DNA of 64,000 nt from an uncultured bacterium (GTDB lineage: Bacteria; CSSED10-310; CAZUFC01): positions 64,001 to 128,000 of the forward strand of contig CAZUFC010000005.1 of the NCBI GenBank assembly GCA_964619725.1. Direction: 5' to 3'. A program made the position numbers and the translations under genes. Under the pieces are notes generated by a model. It had not been told where the DNA came from, made no database searches, and was given only the letters and a program-made list of their open reading frames with translations. Shown here piece after piece: positions 1 to 10,240 of the stretch (positions are counted from its first letter, which is position 1; the number at the start of each line of letters is the position of its first letter).

Positions 1-1
1 T

Positions 2-997
2 GTCACGGATTGGAATGGAGACAGTTCAGGAAACCTGTCGCTGGAAGCGGCGAGTCATCCTGTCGCTACTACGCCTTATACTCTGCCGGCAACTATCGAT
101 CATTCCTATGACGGCTATTACGACCAGGATGCGTGCGATGTGGCCGCCGATGCGGAAACCGTCTACGGATGGACCTCAGCCTCAGGCGGAGGACTGATTG
201 CATATGACGACGATGCTTCGCCCACTAACGGCGGACAGATCGTCTTCTTCTCATTCTCCATAGGAAACGTCACCGATAATACCGTCAGAAGCAACTTGAT
301 CGTTAATGCCGCACGATGGATCGCAGGCATCAGCGGTCCGGTTCCGACTCCTACGCCTTCCGTACCGCCTACTCATACGCCTACTTATACGCCTACCCTG
401 ACGCCTACAAGCATCCTTCCGACCTGGACACCTACATCTACTCCCACAGAAGTTCCCCCGACATATACTCCTACATACACGCCGACAGAAATTCCTCCAA
501 CCGATACTCCTACTTACACGCCCACGGAAGAACCGCCCACTTTCACGCCGACGCCTACCCCAACCCTTGACTGGCCTACATCAACACCGACATTCTACAT
601 TACGACTACTCCCACTGAAGGCACCCCTACCGTCTTCCCCTCACCCACTCCGACAGCCATTACCATCAAACTGATACTCAATCAGAACATGTTCCATTCA
701 AACGACGAATTCATCCTGGACTGCCGCATAATCAATCCCGGTCCCTTCGTAACGCTCGATCAATACATCATCCTGGACGTCGCCGGCAATTACTGGTTCT
801 ATGACAACTGGACTCAGGACGTCGATTGGGTTGAAAAGGAAATCCCCGCTTACTCTGATGAAGCGGAAAATATCCTCTACTTCGTCTGGCCGGAAGATGC
901 CGGGTCATTCTACGGTATAAAATTCTGGGCCGGTTTGCTCGATGACGGTTTCAACATCGTGGGTGAAATCGATTTCATCGAATGGGGATACGAGTAA
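2..997 (+). CDS. Secreted protein, 3' part only: ~110-aa Pro/Thr linker plus shared C-terminal domain (copy 1, ~656-997)
   Basis: Frame is open from nt 2, so the gene starts upstream of the window. PTPT-rich linker, then LNQNMF..ILDVAGNYWF..FVWPEDAG..EWGYE-stop. Confidence 0.85.
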   Translation, partial: VTDWNGDSSGNLSLEAASHPVATTPYTLPATIDHSYDGYYDQDACDVAADAETVYGWTSASGGGLIAYDDDASPTNGGQIVFFSFSIGNVTDNTVRSNLIVNAARWIAGISGPVPTPTPSVPPTHTPTYTPTLTPTSILPTWTPTSTPTEVPPTYTPTYTPTEIPPTDTPTYTPTEEPPTFTPTPTPTLDWPTSTPTFYITTTPTEGTPTVFPSPTPTAITIKLILNQNMFHSNDEFILDCRIINPGPFVTLDQYIILDVAGNYWFYDNWTQDVDWVEKEIPAYSDEAENILYFVWPEDAGSFYGIKFWAGLLDDGFNIVGEIDFIEWGYE

Positions 998-1061
998 TAA
1001 TAACGCCTGGACGACCAATCGTTCTAACTGTGAGACGATTGAAGGCCGGGCGATAAATCTG

Positions 1062-1097
1062 AAGCGGCGTCCGGACAATTTCCGGCGCCGCTTTTTT
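1062..1097 (+). terminator. Intrinsic terminator
   Basis: AAGCGGCG(t)CCGGA-caatt-TCCGGCGCCGCTT hairpin followed by a T-run, ~65 nt after the stop at 997. Confidence 0.75.
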
Positions 1098-1178
1098 GTC
1101 GCAGGGCAACTTGACGGTTTCTATGCTCTTAAGCAAGGAGCGGTGAACCGGAAATACTGCGCAGAAAAAATTGCAAAA

Positions 1179-2021
1179 ATGAACCCCGATCCGCAAAAAA
1201 AACTTGAATCCTGGCTGCATCTGCCCGCTCATGATTTTCTGATCGTTCTCGACCTCGACGGCGCCGTCCATAAAGGCATTCCTCTGCTTAATCCCAGAGG
1301 ATATTCCAACCTGGACCTGGTATGGAACCTTATGTGGAAAAACCTCCAGCGCCCCGTTCGTTACTCGCTAACAGCCTTCAGAATGCTCCGACTCAACCGG
1401 CTAGATAAAAAACTCATGAAATTAAAAACACAGGGCGCCTGCTCCATGTCTCACCGGGACGAAAAACTGATCCGCTCCTTCGTTGAAGAAATTCTAAGCA
1501 TTTACGAATTGAAAGAAATTCAAAGAGCGGGAGAGGTTATAACGAAATATGCCTTTCCCTTTTTTTTTGATACGATTCGCAGAATTAATGAGATAAATCT
1601 CCATAACAAAAAGAAAACTCATCTATATTTCATAAGCAAAGCCTTTCGTATAATTCTGGAGGTTTATGCCGACAAAATACAAAAATGCGTGGGCCTGCCC
1701 GTGAACATCATAGCGAACGAACTGAAGCAGAATCCCAAAGAAGCGGTCCTGCTTCGTGAAGAAAAAGGTATCCTTACGCAACAGAACAAAATAGAAGCCC
1801 TGGCCCGAATCCTGGCGAAAAACGAAAAAGCTCCGGCGCTCATTATGGGGGATACTGAAGAGGACGCCGGTATGATGGATTATGCAAATAGAAAGATCGG
1901 TCCCGAATATGCGCTGGGCATAGCGATCAATTCCAAGGACAACATAATCAAAAATGCTGCCGATATTACTGTGCCTGATTGGAAGACGCTGTTGTGCATG
2001 TTGAAAAAACAGGAAATGTAG
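1179..2021 (+). CDS. HAD-superfamily hydrolase-like protein
   Basis: Motif I LDLDG near the N-terminus and motif IV-like GDTEED. Start moved to ATG 1179 because the longer ORF overlaps the upstream gene and terminator. Confidence 0.6.
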   Translation: MNPDPQKKLESWLHLPAHDFLIVLDLDGAVHKGIPLLNPRGYSNLDLVWNLMWKNLQRPVRYSLTAFRMLRLNRLDKKLMKLKTQGACSMSHRDEKLIRSFVEEILSIYELKEIQRAGEVITKYAFPFFFDTIRRINEINLHNKKKTHLYFISKAFRIILEVYADKIQKCVGLPVNIIANELKQNPKEAVLLREEKGILTQQNKIEALARILAKNEKAPALIMGDTEEDAGMMDYANRKIGPEYALGIAINSKDNIIKNAADITVPDWKTLLCMLKKQEM

Positions 2022-2333
2022 AGAAAACCGGACGTATCTTTTATGGAAAATCCTTTTGAAGCGCGCCGGCGCCGTCAAAACGATGATCGATCGTTATGTG
2101 CTCAAAAATTGGTTGTTTTCCTGCGAATATATTATAATAATTGATGCGAAGTATTTTTCAGGATGCATGCAGAAAATGAAGGGCGATAAAAATGACATGT
2201 ACATCTCCTGACATTGAATGATAAAAAATTGTGAAATGCAAGAAAAACAAATTTTTTTAACAGTTTGTTACATCCTTGTTAAGAGCGCTGAAATATGAAG
2301 GCGAACAAGTTTCTTAATGAGAGGAGGAAAATA

Positions 2334-4307
2334 ATGAAGGCTTTTTTGAAAATGTATATTTTTTGTTTCGTCATATGGGTAATGATGAATGCTGTATCGG
2401 TTCAGGGTGACCCGACTCCGCAATGGTTATGGGAAGATAACGAGACGACGCAGATAGAGAGTTTGACGATTAATGCGGCAGGAACCATGTTGGCGGTGGG
2501 AACGCGAATGGGTCCGAACGGAAAGGGGATATTTGCTGTATTTGATTGGCGATATCCTGAGCCGATAATGCGTGAGGAGTATGCGGATACAACGGTATCA
2601 GGCGTGGCGCTTTCTGAAGACGGCGTATGGGCAGCCTGTAATGCGGGCGACACACTGTATTTATATGAAATACCGGGCATATTGAAAATGCAGTTCACAG
2701 ATACAGACGGCAATTTGAGGGACGTCGGATTCAGCGGGGATGGTTCATTGTTATATGCATCCCGGTATCTGGATTCCATGTTGACCGAAGGCGGCGCAGT
2801 GCATTTATTCGATGTTGACAATTTAGAGCTGCTGTGGACGGATGTATTGGGGGATCATTTAGAATTTGCACCGAGACTGAGAGTGACTAAAATTTCTGAT
2901 GACGGCTCACGAATATTGTGTACCTTTCAGACGGGCATGATGGGGGAGCCTGTTTATGCCGCTTTGTACCAAACGGATTCAGCGACGCCTGACGATCCGG
3001 TCTGGATTACGCCTCCTATTGAACCCTCGTATGTTCCTGAGTCTGATTTTGCCGGAGACGGAGAAAACTTCGTATTAGGTTCAGCCGTATATGTTCGATA
3101 TTATGACATGGAACCGCCTTCCGGCGGAGTCAAGGATCCGATATGGACGGAGACGGCGGGCGGACATTACACGCTCATGCACAAAGTTTCCATATCAAGG
3201 GATGGAAACACGGTAGGTCACTTCGGACCATATTCGGATTTGGCGGGCGATATCGTGCCGGGTTCGGTTGAAGTTTACGACGACGAAGGAAATCTTAAAT
3301 TTCATACGGAAACATATTACAAATGGCCTGAAGGCGATGTATCAGGCGACGGCTCCCGTGTCGCCTTCTCGAGTCTGAAAACAGAACAAGCCGTTGAGCC
3401 GAATTCATATGTGATGGGTGTTGAAGAAGAAGAGATAATATGGTCCGGTCCGGGCATCGGTAAAGTCATTATGGATGAAACCGGAGAGTCAATCCTGATG
3501 GGAGGCGGAACATACTACGATGCATCTTATGAACAAATGCTTTACTACAGGTTGGAAGATAATGAGCCCCCTGCTTGCGAAATTACGTCGCCGGAACCGG
3601 GTTCCTCGGTCGGCGGTTGCGTAACGGTGCAAGGAACTTCCGAAGACCTTGACGGTACAGTTTTATTTGTAGAATTATACATGCCCGACGGCAACCAGAC
3701 GGCTGATCCGGTCGGATCATCTTATGACCTGTGGACCGCCGTACTCGATTTCAGCTCGATTCCGCCAGGTCCGTTTACGCTCAAAGCCAGAGCGGTTGAC
3801 GAAAACTATAAATACGGCCCCTGGTTTGACATTGAAATAACCGTCTTTGAAGTTACTCAAACTCCGACTCCGCAGTTTACTCATACCCCTACTCAGGAAA
3901 ATACGCCTCTGCCGACTTGCACGCCCGATCCTGACGACACGCTCACTATAATGCTCGATATGCCCGCAAAATTATTCCGGCCCGGCGATACCTTCCGACT
4001 GGACGCTCATGTCTGGAATCCCGGTCCCATACTGACTGACATGCCGCTTGTGGTAATGCTCGAAATTTACGATAACTTATATTTCTGGCCCTCATGGAAC
4101 TGTCTTGAACCGGACGGCGCTGGGTTCGACTTTCAATTAAGAGATTTTCCCATAGGGCAAACTGATTGTGAAATAATACAAACATTTATATGGCCTCAAA
4201 ACGCCGGCGAAGCCTATGGCATCCTTTTCTACAGCGCTTTGCTCTCCGCGGATTTTACTTCCTTAATTTCTAATATGGATTTCATAACCTGGGGTTTTCA
4301 GGAATAA
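2334..4307 (+). CDS. Secreted beta-propeller protein with Ig-like domain, PT linker and shared C-terminal domain (copy 2, ~3939-4307)
   Basis: RBS GAGGAGG then ATG 2334; signal peptide; repeated [SA]xDG blades; PPACEITSP Ig start; FIWPQNAG..TWGFQE-stop. Confidence 0.8.
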   Translation: MKAFLKMYIFCFVIWVMMNAVSVQGDPTPQWLWEDNETTQIESLTINAAGTMLAVGTRMGPNGKGIFAVFDWRYPEPIMREEYADTTVSGVALSEDGVWAACNAGDTLYLYEIPGILKMQFTDTDGNLRDVGFSGDGSLLYASRYLDSMLTEGGAVHLFDVDNLELLWTDVLGDHLEFAPRLRVTKISDDGSRILCTFQTGMMGEPVYAALYQTDSATPDDPVWITPPIEPSYVPESDFAGDGENFVLGSAVYVRYYDMEPPSGGVKDPIWTETAGGHYTLMHKVSISRDGNTVGHFGPYSDLAGDIVPGSVEVYDDEGNLKFHTETYYKWPEGDVSGDGSRVAFSSLKTEQAVEPNSYVMGVEEEEIIWSGPGIGKVIMDETGESILMGGGTYYDASYEQMLYYRLEDNEPPACEITSPEPGSSVGGCVTVQGTSEDLDGTVLFVELYMPDGNQTADPVGSSYDLWTAVLDFSSIPPGPFTLKARAVDENYKYGPWFDIEITVFEVTQTPTPQFTHTPTQENTPLPTCTPDPDDTLTIMLDMPAKLFRPGDTFRLDAHVWNPGPILTDMPLVVMLEIYDNLYFWPSWNCLEPDGAGFDFQLRDFPIGQTDCEIIQTFIWPQNAGEAYGILFYSALLSADFTSLISNMDFITWGFQE

Positions 4308-4490
4308 AATTGCAAATCGACTTCCTCTGTTTAATGAAGCCGCGTAAAAACACTGGTTGAAGGGAACATATTGCCTGTACGGCACAACCTCGAACTGATT
4401 GGTTGGCCCTGGGAAAGCTGCGGTTTGGACGACACCGGCAGATGATAACATGCAAGCGGCCCTGATATAGACATTTGCCTGGGAATTATC

Positions 4491-4658
4491 GGGACTGTTC
4501 AAACAGTGGTTACACTTCTTTCAAAACGTTTGAAAGTTTTTTTTCAGTAATCGGTATCCGGGTCGGTATCGCAATCGGGATCGAAATCGAAACGAAATGA
4601 TGGGATATTCTGTCGAATTGTAACCTCAAAAGACTCATTTTTGATCAATGCCGAATTA
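4491..4658 (+). repeat. Dispersed ~170-bp intergenic repeat with internal hexamer (RTCGNN-like) array; homologous to 28390-28575
   Basis: GGGACTG..TTCAAAACGTTTGA..AGTAATCGG..ATCGAAAC.AAATGATGGGATATT..GAATTGTAACCTCAAAAGAC.CATTTTTGATCAATGCCG is shared between the two loci. Confidence 0.85.
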
Positions 4659-4676
4659 CTTTTTTTGATTGTCTTT

Positions 4677-5090
4677 TCAACTGTTTTCCAGGAAATCGAC
4701 CAGTTCTTTTTTGATTTTTTCCCGGTTTTTCAGCCTGCAGGTCCATAGTATCAGGGGAGTCCAGCCTGATTCTTTCAGTTTTTTCATGTTTTCAGCGTCG
4801 CGCACTTTGTTTTTTTTAATTTTATTAACCCAGTATTGACGGTTAGTTGCCGGCAGTGACGCTCTTTTGCATCCCTGGTGTCCGTGCCAGAAGCATCCGT
4901 GCACGAATATCACTTTTTTGTATTTCGGCAGGACTATATCAGGATTTCCCGGAAGGTCCTTTCTGTGAAGCCTGAAGCGATAACCCATTCTATGCAGCAT
5001 GGACCTGATCAGGATTTCCGGTTTGGTGTTTTTCCCCTTCACTTTTTTCATAATTTCGCTTCTTTTTTGAGGGGAAAATTTATCAGCCAT
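4677..5090 (-). CDS. vsr: Very-short-patch repair endonuclease
   Basis: MADKFSPQKRSEIM, TKPE, LPGNPDIV, FVHGCFWHGH: classic Vsr motifs. Confidence 0.95.
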   Translation of the reverse strand: MADKFSPQKRSEIMKKVKGKNTKPEILIRSMLHRMGYRFRLHRKDLPGNPDIVLPKYKKVIFVHGCFWHGHQGCKRASLPATNRQYWVNKIKKNKVRDAENMKKLKESGWTPLILWTCRLKNREKIKKELVDFLENS

Positions 5091-5100
5091 ATGGTGATTT

Positions 5101-7038
5101 TCAGGAGCCTGCGTATATGTATAGTCTTTGTCCCGGGTAAATGACCCGTTTTTTGCTTATGCCGTTGGCTATGGCGATATCGTTGATGGTAACGCCGAAT
5201 GCCCGCGCTATTTTGCTCAATGTATCGCCTCTTCTGACGCGATATGTTTTCAGATGCGCATTTTTTTTCGGATAGATGACCAGTTTCTGTCCGGGATGAA
5301 TGGTTCCCCGCGACATTTTGTTCCATCGCATGATATCCCGGAAATTTACGCCGAATATATTGGCGATGCCGACCAGGAAATTTCCTTTTTTGACGGTATA
5401 GATGATTTTTTCAGGAGTCGCCGACCCGGTTCTGAGGATTTTTAATCTTTGGCCCCTTTTGATCATGTAAGGAGGTCGAATATTATTCCATTCCGCAATT
5501 TTCCTGTAAGAAACCCCGTATTTTTTGCCGATGCTTGTAAGCGTTTCGCCTCTGCTTACGCAATGAACGAGCGTCTGCGTTTCTCCTGAGGAGGTCGCTC
5601 CGGCTTGATCTTCAGACGATGTACCGGAGGCAGAAGCGATGTGTTCGGGTTCGGCTTTTTTCAATATTCCAGCGATATCATCCCTTTTTTCTTTGGGGAC
5701 AAGCAGAGGGAAGTTATTAACCGGAGTTTTTCCGTAGGAGAAACTGACGTCCGAGTTGATGCTCGTCAACTCGGCCGTGGAGATTCCGGCTGCAGCGGCC
5801 AGTTGAGATAGAGGGTAGGGGCTGGGTACTATCACGGTATCGTATCTTTTGAATATTTCGTCTGTCGTAGGCATGTCGAAACCGAATCTTTCCGGGTCTC
5901 TTCCGACTACCGCAGCAGCCATAATTCGGGGTATATATTCTCTTGTTTCCCGGGGAAGACAATCCTGAATGTGCCAGAATGTTCTTTCCTCGAAGGGATT
6001 GTCCAGCTTCATCAGGCATTTTTGTATGCGATTTTCTCCGGCATTGTAGGAAGCCATGGCCAGAAGAAAAGAACGCGAACCGAAAACGGCAATAAGGTCC
6101 AGTAAATATTCCCGCGCCGCGACGCCGGACTTGTAAGGGTCCAGTCTTTCATCGGTATAATAGTTTATCTGTAATCCATAACGTCTTCCAGTGCCTCGAA
6201 TGAACTGCCACATGCCTCTCGCCCCTGCGCGACTGCGTGCTCTGATGACGAAGCCGCTTTCGACGAAGGCCAGGTATCCGAGTTCAACGGGCATGCGTTT
6301 TTCTTCGAATATTTGACGGATCATCGGCCAGTAACGATGCTTCCTTCGATAACTGCGTTCGTACCAATCCTTCTTTTCCGTCTGATAATACCGGATGTAT
6401 TTTTCAACTTCCTCGACGAAAATCCTAATGCCTTCTTCAGAAGGGGAATCTTCGCCGAATTTACGGAAAAGATTTCTTATTTCATTTTCAATAAATTCAT
6501 TATCGTCAAGTATGGTTTCCACGACTTCTATCTGTTCATCTTTTATTTCCGCTTTATCCTCAGCACTCTGCCGCAGACTGTCACGATAGATCGCTTCCAG
6601 GTTTCTGTCCTGATAAGGTTCGGGAAGGTTTAAAGAAAGCAATTTCAACGTTTTCATGTCTTCAGGGATATCTGCCGACAGGAGCATGATCTGAGCGTTG
6701 TCGAATATGATGCCGGCTTCTTTATAGCGGCCGCTCTCATATGCATTTAACGCTTTAACCGCCAGTTTTCTTGCTTCCAGTATCCGCTCGGCTCCGGTCA
6801 TCGATACGTATTCATCAGCTTCCCCGGCGATCATAGACGCCGCCGGCTCAACCGGTGCATCCTCGCAAACCGCCGTATCCTCTGAAGGCTTTTCGGCAGA
6901 ACGCTGGACATCGTCCTCCTGGTTTAATGATGAGGCAGCAGGTTCGGGGAATCCCGGAGCAATTCTGCGCCGACAGCCCGTCATCAGCAGATTTACTGTA
7001 ATCAAAACGACAACTGTTGCTCTTAATATTATTATCAT
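5101..7038 (-). CDS. mltD: MltD-like lytic transglycosylase (SLT domain plus LysM repeats), probable lipoprotein
   Basis: AFVESGF, AGARGMWQFI, YNAGE, ETREYIP; three clear LysM repeats; LLMTGC lipobox. Start 7038 gives an ATGA overlap with the upstream gene. Confidence 0.85.
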   Translation of the reverse strand: MIIILRATVVVLITVNLLMTGCRRRIAPGFPEPAASSLNQEDDVQRSAEKPSEDTAVCEDAPVEPAASMIAGEADEYVSMTGAERILEARKLAVKALNAYESGRYKEAGIIFDNAQIMLLSADIPEDMKTLKLLSLNLPEPYQDRNLEAIYRDSLRQSAEDKAEIKDEQIEVVETILDDNEFIENEIRNLFRKFGEDSPSEEGIRIFVEEVEKYIRYYQTEKKDWYERSYRRKHRYWPMIRQIFEEKRMPVELGYLAFVESGFVIRARSRAGARGMWQFIRGTGRRYGLQINYYTDERLDPYKSGVAAREYLLDLIAVFGSRSFLLAMASYNAGENRIQKCLMKLDNPFEERTFWHIQDCLPRETREYIPRIMAAAVVGRDPERFGFDMPTTDEIFKRYDTVIVPSPYPLSQLAAAAGISTAELTSINSDVSFSYGKTPVNNFPLLVPKEKRDDIAGILKKAEPEHIASASGTSSEDQAGATSSGETQTLVHCVSRGETLTSIGKKYGVSYRKIAEWNNIRPPYMIKRGQRLKILRTGSATPEKIIYTVKKGNFLVGIANIFGVNFRDIMRWNKMSRGTIHPGQKLVIYPKKNAHLKTYRVRRGDTLSKIARAFGVTINDIAIANGISKKRVIYPGQRLYIYAGS

Positions 7039-7565
7039 CTTTCCCGTATCTGTTTGCGGTATATTTCTCGAATGCATTTCAACGTTAGATAATAGCGGGC
7101 ATCTTTGAAGTCCGGAAACGTCCATTCAAAGGCCGCGAAATTTTTTTTCCAGTAATATAGAGTAAAATCGGCATAAACCATTTCGCCAAGATATATCTTT
7201 TGTCCGCCGTATTTGTGCGAAGCCAGCACAACTTTGTAAAAATCGATGTATCCCGGATCGATATTGACCCTCCGCAATCCGTTTTCTCTGTATCTGTCTT
7301 CAATTTCATCCGTTTTGAGTTTCATTTCCACGATTTTTTCAGCCCCGATCAAACGATCGAATGAAACGAACAATCGCTTCAAATCGCTTCCCATTTCCTC
7401 TTCATAGTAATCCGTGACGTTAAAATCAAATGCCTCGCTGAGGAAATCATGCGGACCGAAATACGATTCCATATCTTTAATCGTTTTGTCAACCAGCCGG
7501 GTGGAATTAACGAGCAATCCGACGAAATATTTAACCGGGTCCGGCGGTTTCAAGGGCGAATTCAT
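7035..7565 (-). CDS. DUF4416-family protein
   Basis: TDYYEEEMG, RRVNIDPGY, KIYLG, WTFPDF motifs typical of DUF4416. Confidence 0.8.
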   Translation of the reverse strand: MNSPLKPPDPVKYFVGLLVNSTRLVDKTIKDMESYFGPHDFLSEAFDFNVTDYYEEEMGSDLKRLFVSFDRLIGAEKIVEMKLKTDEIEDRYRENGLRRVNIDPGYIDFYKVVLASHKYGGQKIYLGEMVYADFTLYYWKKNFAAFEWTFPDFKDARYYLTLKCIREIYRKQIRER

Positions 7566-8374
7566 GGTCGAATGATATCGTTTCTTTCGGTGTGAGTGAT
7601 GAATTCCCGGGCTTCATCGACCAGGCCGGAAGGAAGAGAGAACAGACGGCTGACTTCGCCGCTGTAATCCTGGTCCACGCGGGAACGTATTCTTTGCTGC
7701 CGGTTGACTCTTTGAACGGACTGGTTGCGCAGATAAAGCTGTCCCTCTTCCGACACTTTTGTGATGAGTATCGATTCCATCATATTGAACCGGAAGGTCC
7801 TCAACCATAATTCTTTGAATCTTTCCATGCTCAGAGGCTCAATTTTCAACCTGTAGCGCCATTTTTCGACGCCTTTATTTTCCGTGAACAGATAAATACG
7901 GCGTTTATCCGGGTCATGGACTATCCTCAAAGAATTGATCGGCGTTTTTATTCGGATATATCCTCGCGGCGGCAACGGTACAGGCCTCGTGATAAGATAA
8001 CCGGGATCGACCAGAAACGTTTGACGGTCAAGCCGGACCAACAGAGCGCAATGAAGGTCATCCCCGTATTTCATGTCTCCCATGACGATGCGCGCCTTGA
8101 ATCCGCAGCCGAGCAATATACCGTATAGAGTGTTGACCAGAGAAAAACATGTGCCTCCCGTCCCGAATGCGTTGAAACATTCCAGCACTTCATCGGGCAG
8201 TCTCATTTTCTGGTCCGTATCGGGATGGCGGCTGTATTTCAATATCTTCGTAATGTTTTCATAAGGCAATCGCGAAAACTCAGATACGATTTTATCCAGG
8301 AATTCCTTGTTGGGTGAAGAACCCTTGAGATTTAATATCTTTAAAGCTTTTTGAATGTCCAAAGCGCTAAACAC
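7562..8374 (-). CDS. Arylamine N-acetyltransferase family protein
   Basis: PYEN, GGTCF (catalytic Cys), LHCAL (His), LVDPG (Asp) triad. Confidence 0.8.
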   Translation of the reverse strand: MFSALDIQKALKILNLKGSSPNKEFLDKIVSEFSRLPYENITKILKYSRHPDTDQKMRLPDEVLECFNAFGTGGTCFSLVNTLYGILLGCGFKARIVMGDMKYGDDLHCALLVRLDRQTFLVDPGYLITRPVPLPPRGYIRIKTPINSLRIVHDPDKRRIYLFTENKGVEKWRYRLKIEPLSMERFKELWLRTFRFNMMESILITKVSEEGQLYLRNQSVQRVNRQQRIRSRVDQDYSGEVSRLFSLPSGLVDEAREFITHTERNDIIRP

Positions 8375-8425
8375 GGCAAGCTTTCATTTATAGACTCAAA
8401 ACGAATTGAATGACGGTTTCCTTTT

Positions 8426-10162
8426 TTATCTGGATTTTAAAAAGTTGCGTAAAGTCTGATGTGACACTCCCAGACTTTCCGCTGTTTTATGAATGTTTCC
8501 GTTGTGTCTCTTTAATCTTTGACAGAAAATCTGTTCCTTGATTTCCGTGAACTTTAGTTCAGACCAATAATCTTTTTCCGAGGAACCGAACTCAGGGAAA
8601 GAGGTCATAACATCATGATCATCGATGGGCAAGCCATGGCCGTCGGGGGTTATCTGTTTTTCAATGACCAGTCGTCGTATCCAGTTTTCCAGTTCCCGTA
8701 TATTTCCGGGCCAGGGATACTTGAAAATTTTATCATAAGCTTTCTGAGTGCAAAGGCTCTGACTAAACTGTTCAGGCAATCCAGCGCATTTATGCAGAAA
8801 ATGCTTGATGAAAACATGTATGTCCTCTTTACGTTCTCTTAACGGAGGCAGTCTCAGGGTAAAAGTGGTTATCCGAAAGAACAGGTCCTCCCGGAATTCA
8901 TTAGTCGCAATTTTCTGGTGCAGGTTCTGATTGGTTGCCGTAATCACGCGGCCGGTGAACTGTAAGGCGGCGCTGGAACCTATACGGCTGAAAGAATGAT
9001 CGTTATCGAAAAAATGAAGCAGTTTGACCTGGACAGGCATACTTAAATCGCCGATTTCATCAAGAAAAATTGTCCCTCCTGATGCCAGTTCGCATTTACC
9101 GATCTTCTTCTTGTCCGCTCCCGTAAAAGAACCTTTTTCATGTCCGAACAATTCGCTTTCAACGAGAGACTCCGGAATGGCATTGACGTTCACGGAAATA
9201 AAAGGACTGTCCTCATCAGCAAAAGTTCTGGAATGAATGTATTTAGCCAGCATGCCCTTTCCGACTCCTGATTCTCCCAGTATAAGCGCCGGCTCAGTCG
9301 GATAGGCTTTCAACCGCTCGATTTTCTGCTTCAATTTGCGGGCGTGCTCCGAATTGCCTATCACGTATTCCGATTGACCGACAGAAGCGGAATCCTTCAT
9401 CAAAGTTCGCAGCTTATCGGCCGTTTTTACCGATTCAACCGCTCGATCAATGCTGCGAACCAGGTCCAGCTTGTTCACCGGCTTCCTCAATACCTCGTAA
9501 ATTCCTTCGTCCAGCAGTTTGCGAACCCACTCCTCCTGCCAGGGAGCCGCCGAAATGATGCATTGATCCCGAAATCGAACCTGAAGTTTTCGTATTTGAT
9601 CGACCGTTCTTGACTCCAGAGCGCCGACGCCGATAAGTATGACGTCGTAAATATAAAGATCGAGTATCTTGGATAATTTGCCGAAATGTTCCAGGGAGTT
9701 TACTTTATATTTCTCAGACAAACATTTGGTTATTTTTTTTCTGTCGCTGGAATTGCCTTCTATCACCAGAATATTTCCTATGCCCGCTTTCAAAGCATCT
9801 TCATCGATTTTTTCGGCAGCGGCAATGGTCGAGAATCCGGCCGTCCCCCGCTTTTCCCCTCCGTAAGGAAAAAATTTCAACTCATATACGCCGATTCGTA
9901 TCACTGAACCTTCTTCCAGCACGCTTTCCTCTTGACGATTTCCGTCTACGAAGGTTCCGTTTTTGCTTAAATTCCGAAGGACATATCTCCCCTTTTCTTT
10001 TTTTATGACCGCATGTTGTCGGGAAATCAACGGTCCGGTTAATACCAGATCGTTCCTGTCTAAAGAACGTCCTATATTCAGGCCATCTTCAGGTACCGGT
10101 TTCCTGGTGAACAGTTGTCCTTTTTTGAAAACATGCAACTGAGCCATCATTCCTGTCGACAT
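8426..10162 (-). CDS. Sigma54-dependent activator: FHA, degenerate receiver, AAA+ and Fis-type HTH
   Basis: FHA motifs IGR, ISRQHA, SKNGTFV; Walker A GESGVGKG; ESELFGHEKGSFTGA; FLDEIGD; WPGNIRELEN. Confidence 0.9.
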   Translation of the reverse strand: MSTGMMAQLHVFKKGQLFTRKPVPEDGLNIGRSLDRNDLVLTGPLISRQHAVIKKEKGRYVLRNLSKNGTFVDGNRQEESVLEEGSVIRIGVYELKFFPYGGEKRGTAGFSTIAAAEKIDEDALKAGIGNILVIEGNSSDRKKITKCLSEKYKVNSLEHFGKLSKILDLYIYDVILIGVGALESRTVDQIRKLQVRFRDQCIISAAPWQEEWVRKLLDEGIYEVLRKPVNKLDLVRSIDRAVESVKTADKLRTLMKDSASVGQSEYVIGNSEHARKLKQKIERLKAYPTEPALILGESGVGKGMLAKYIHSRTFADEDSPFISVNVNAIPESLVESELFGHEKGSFTGADKKKIGKCELASGGTIFLDEIGDLSMPVQVKLLHFFDNDHSFSRIGSSAALQFTGRVITATNQNLHQKIATNEFREDLFFRITTFTLRLPPLRERKEDIHVFIKHFLHKCAGLPEQFSQSLCTQKAYDKIFKYPWPGNIRELENWIRRLVIEKQITPDGHGLPIDDHDVMTSFPEFGSSEKDYWSELKFTEIKEQIFCQRLKRHNGNIHKTAESLGVSHQTLRNFLKSR

Positions 10163-10240
10163 GTCGGGAAGGCCCTTTTCACTGGGATGCCTCCGCTTCC
10201 TGCGGCGGCAGCTTGCTTGAATACGAACTGCAAAAGATAA

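Noticed and set aside
942-1178. N-terminal extension of the HAD-like ORF
   Set aside because: It overlaps the upstream gene's end and its terminator; ATG 1179 is more plausible.
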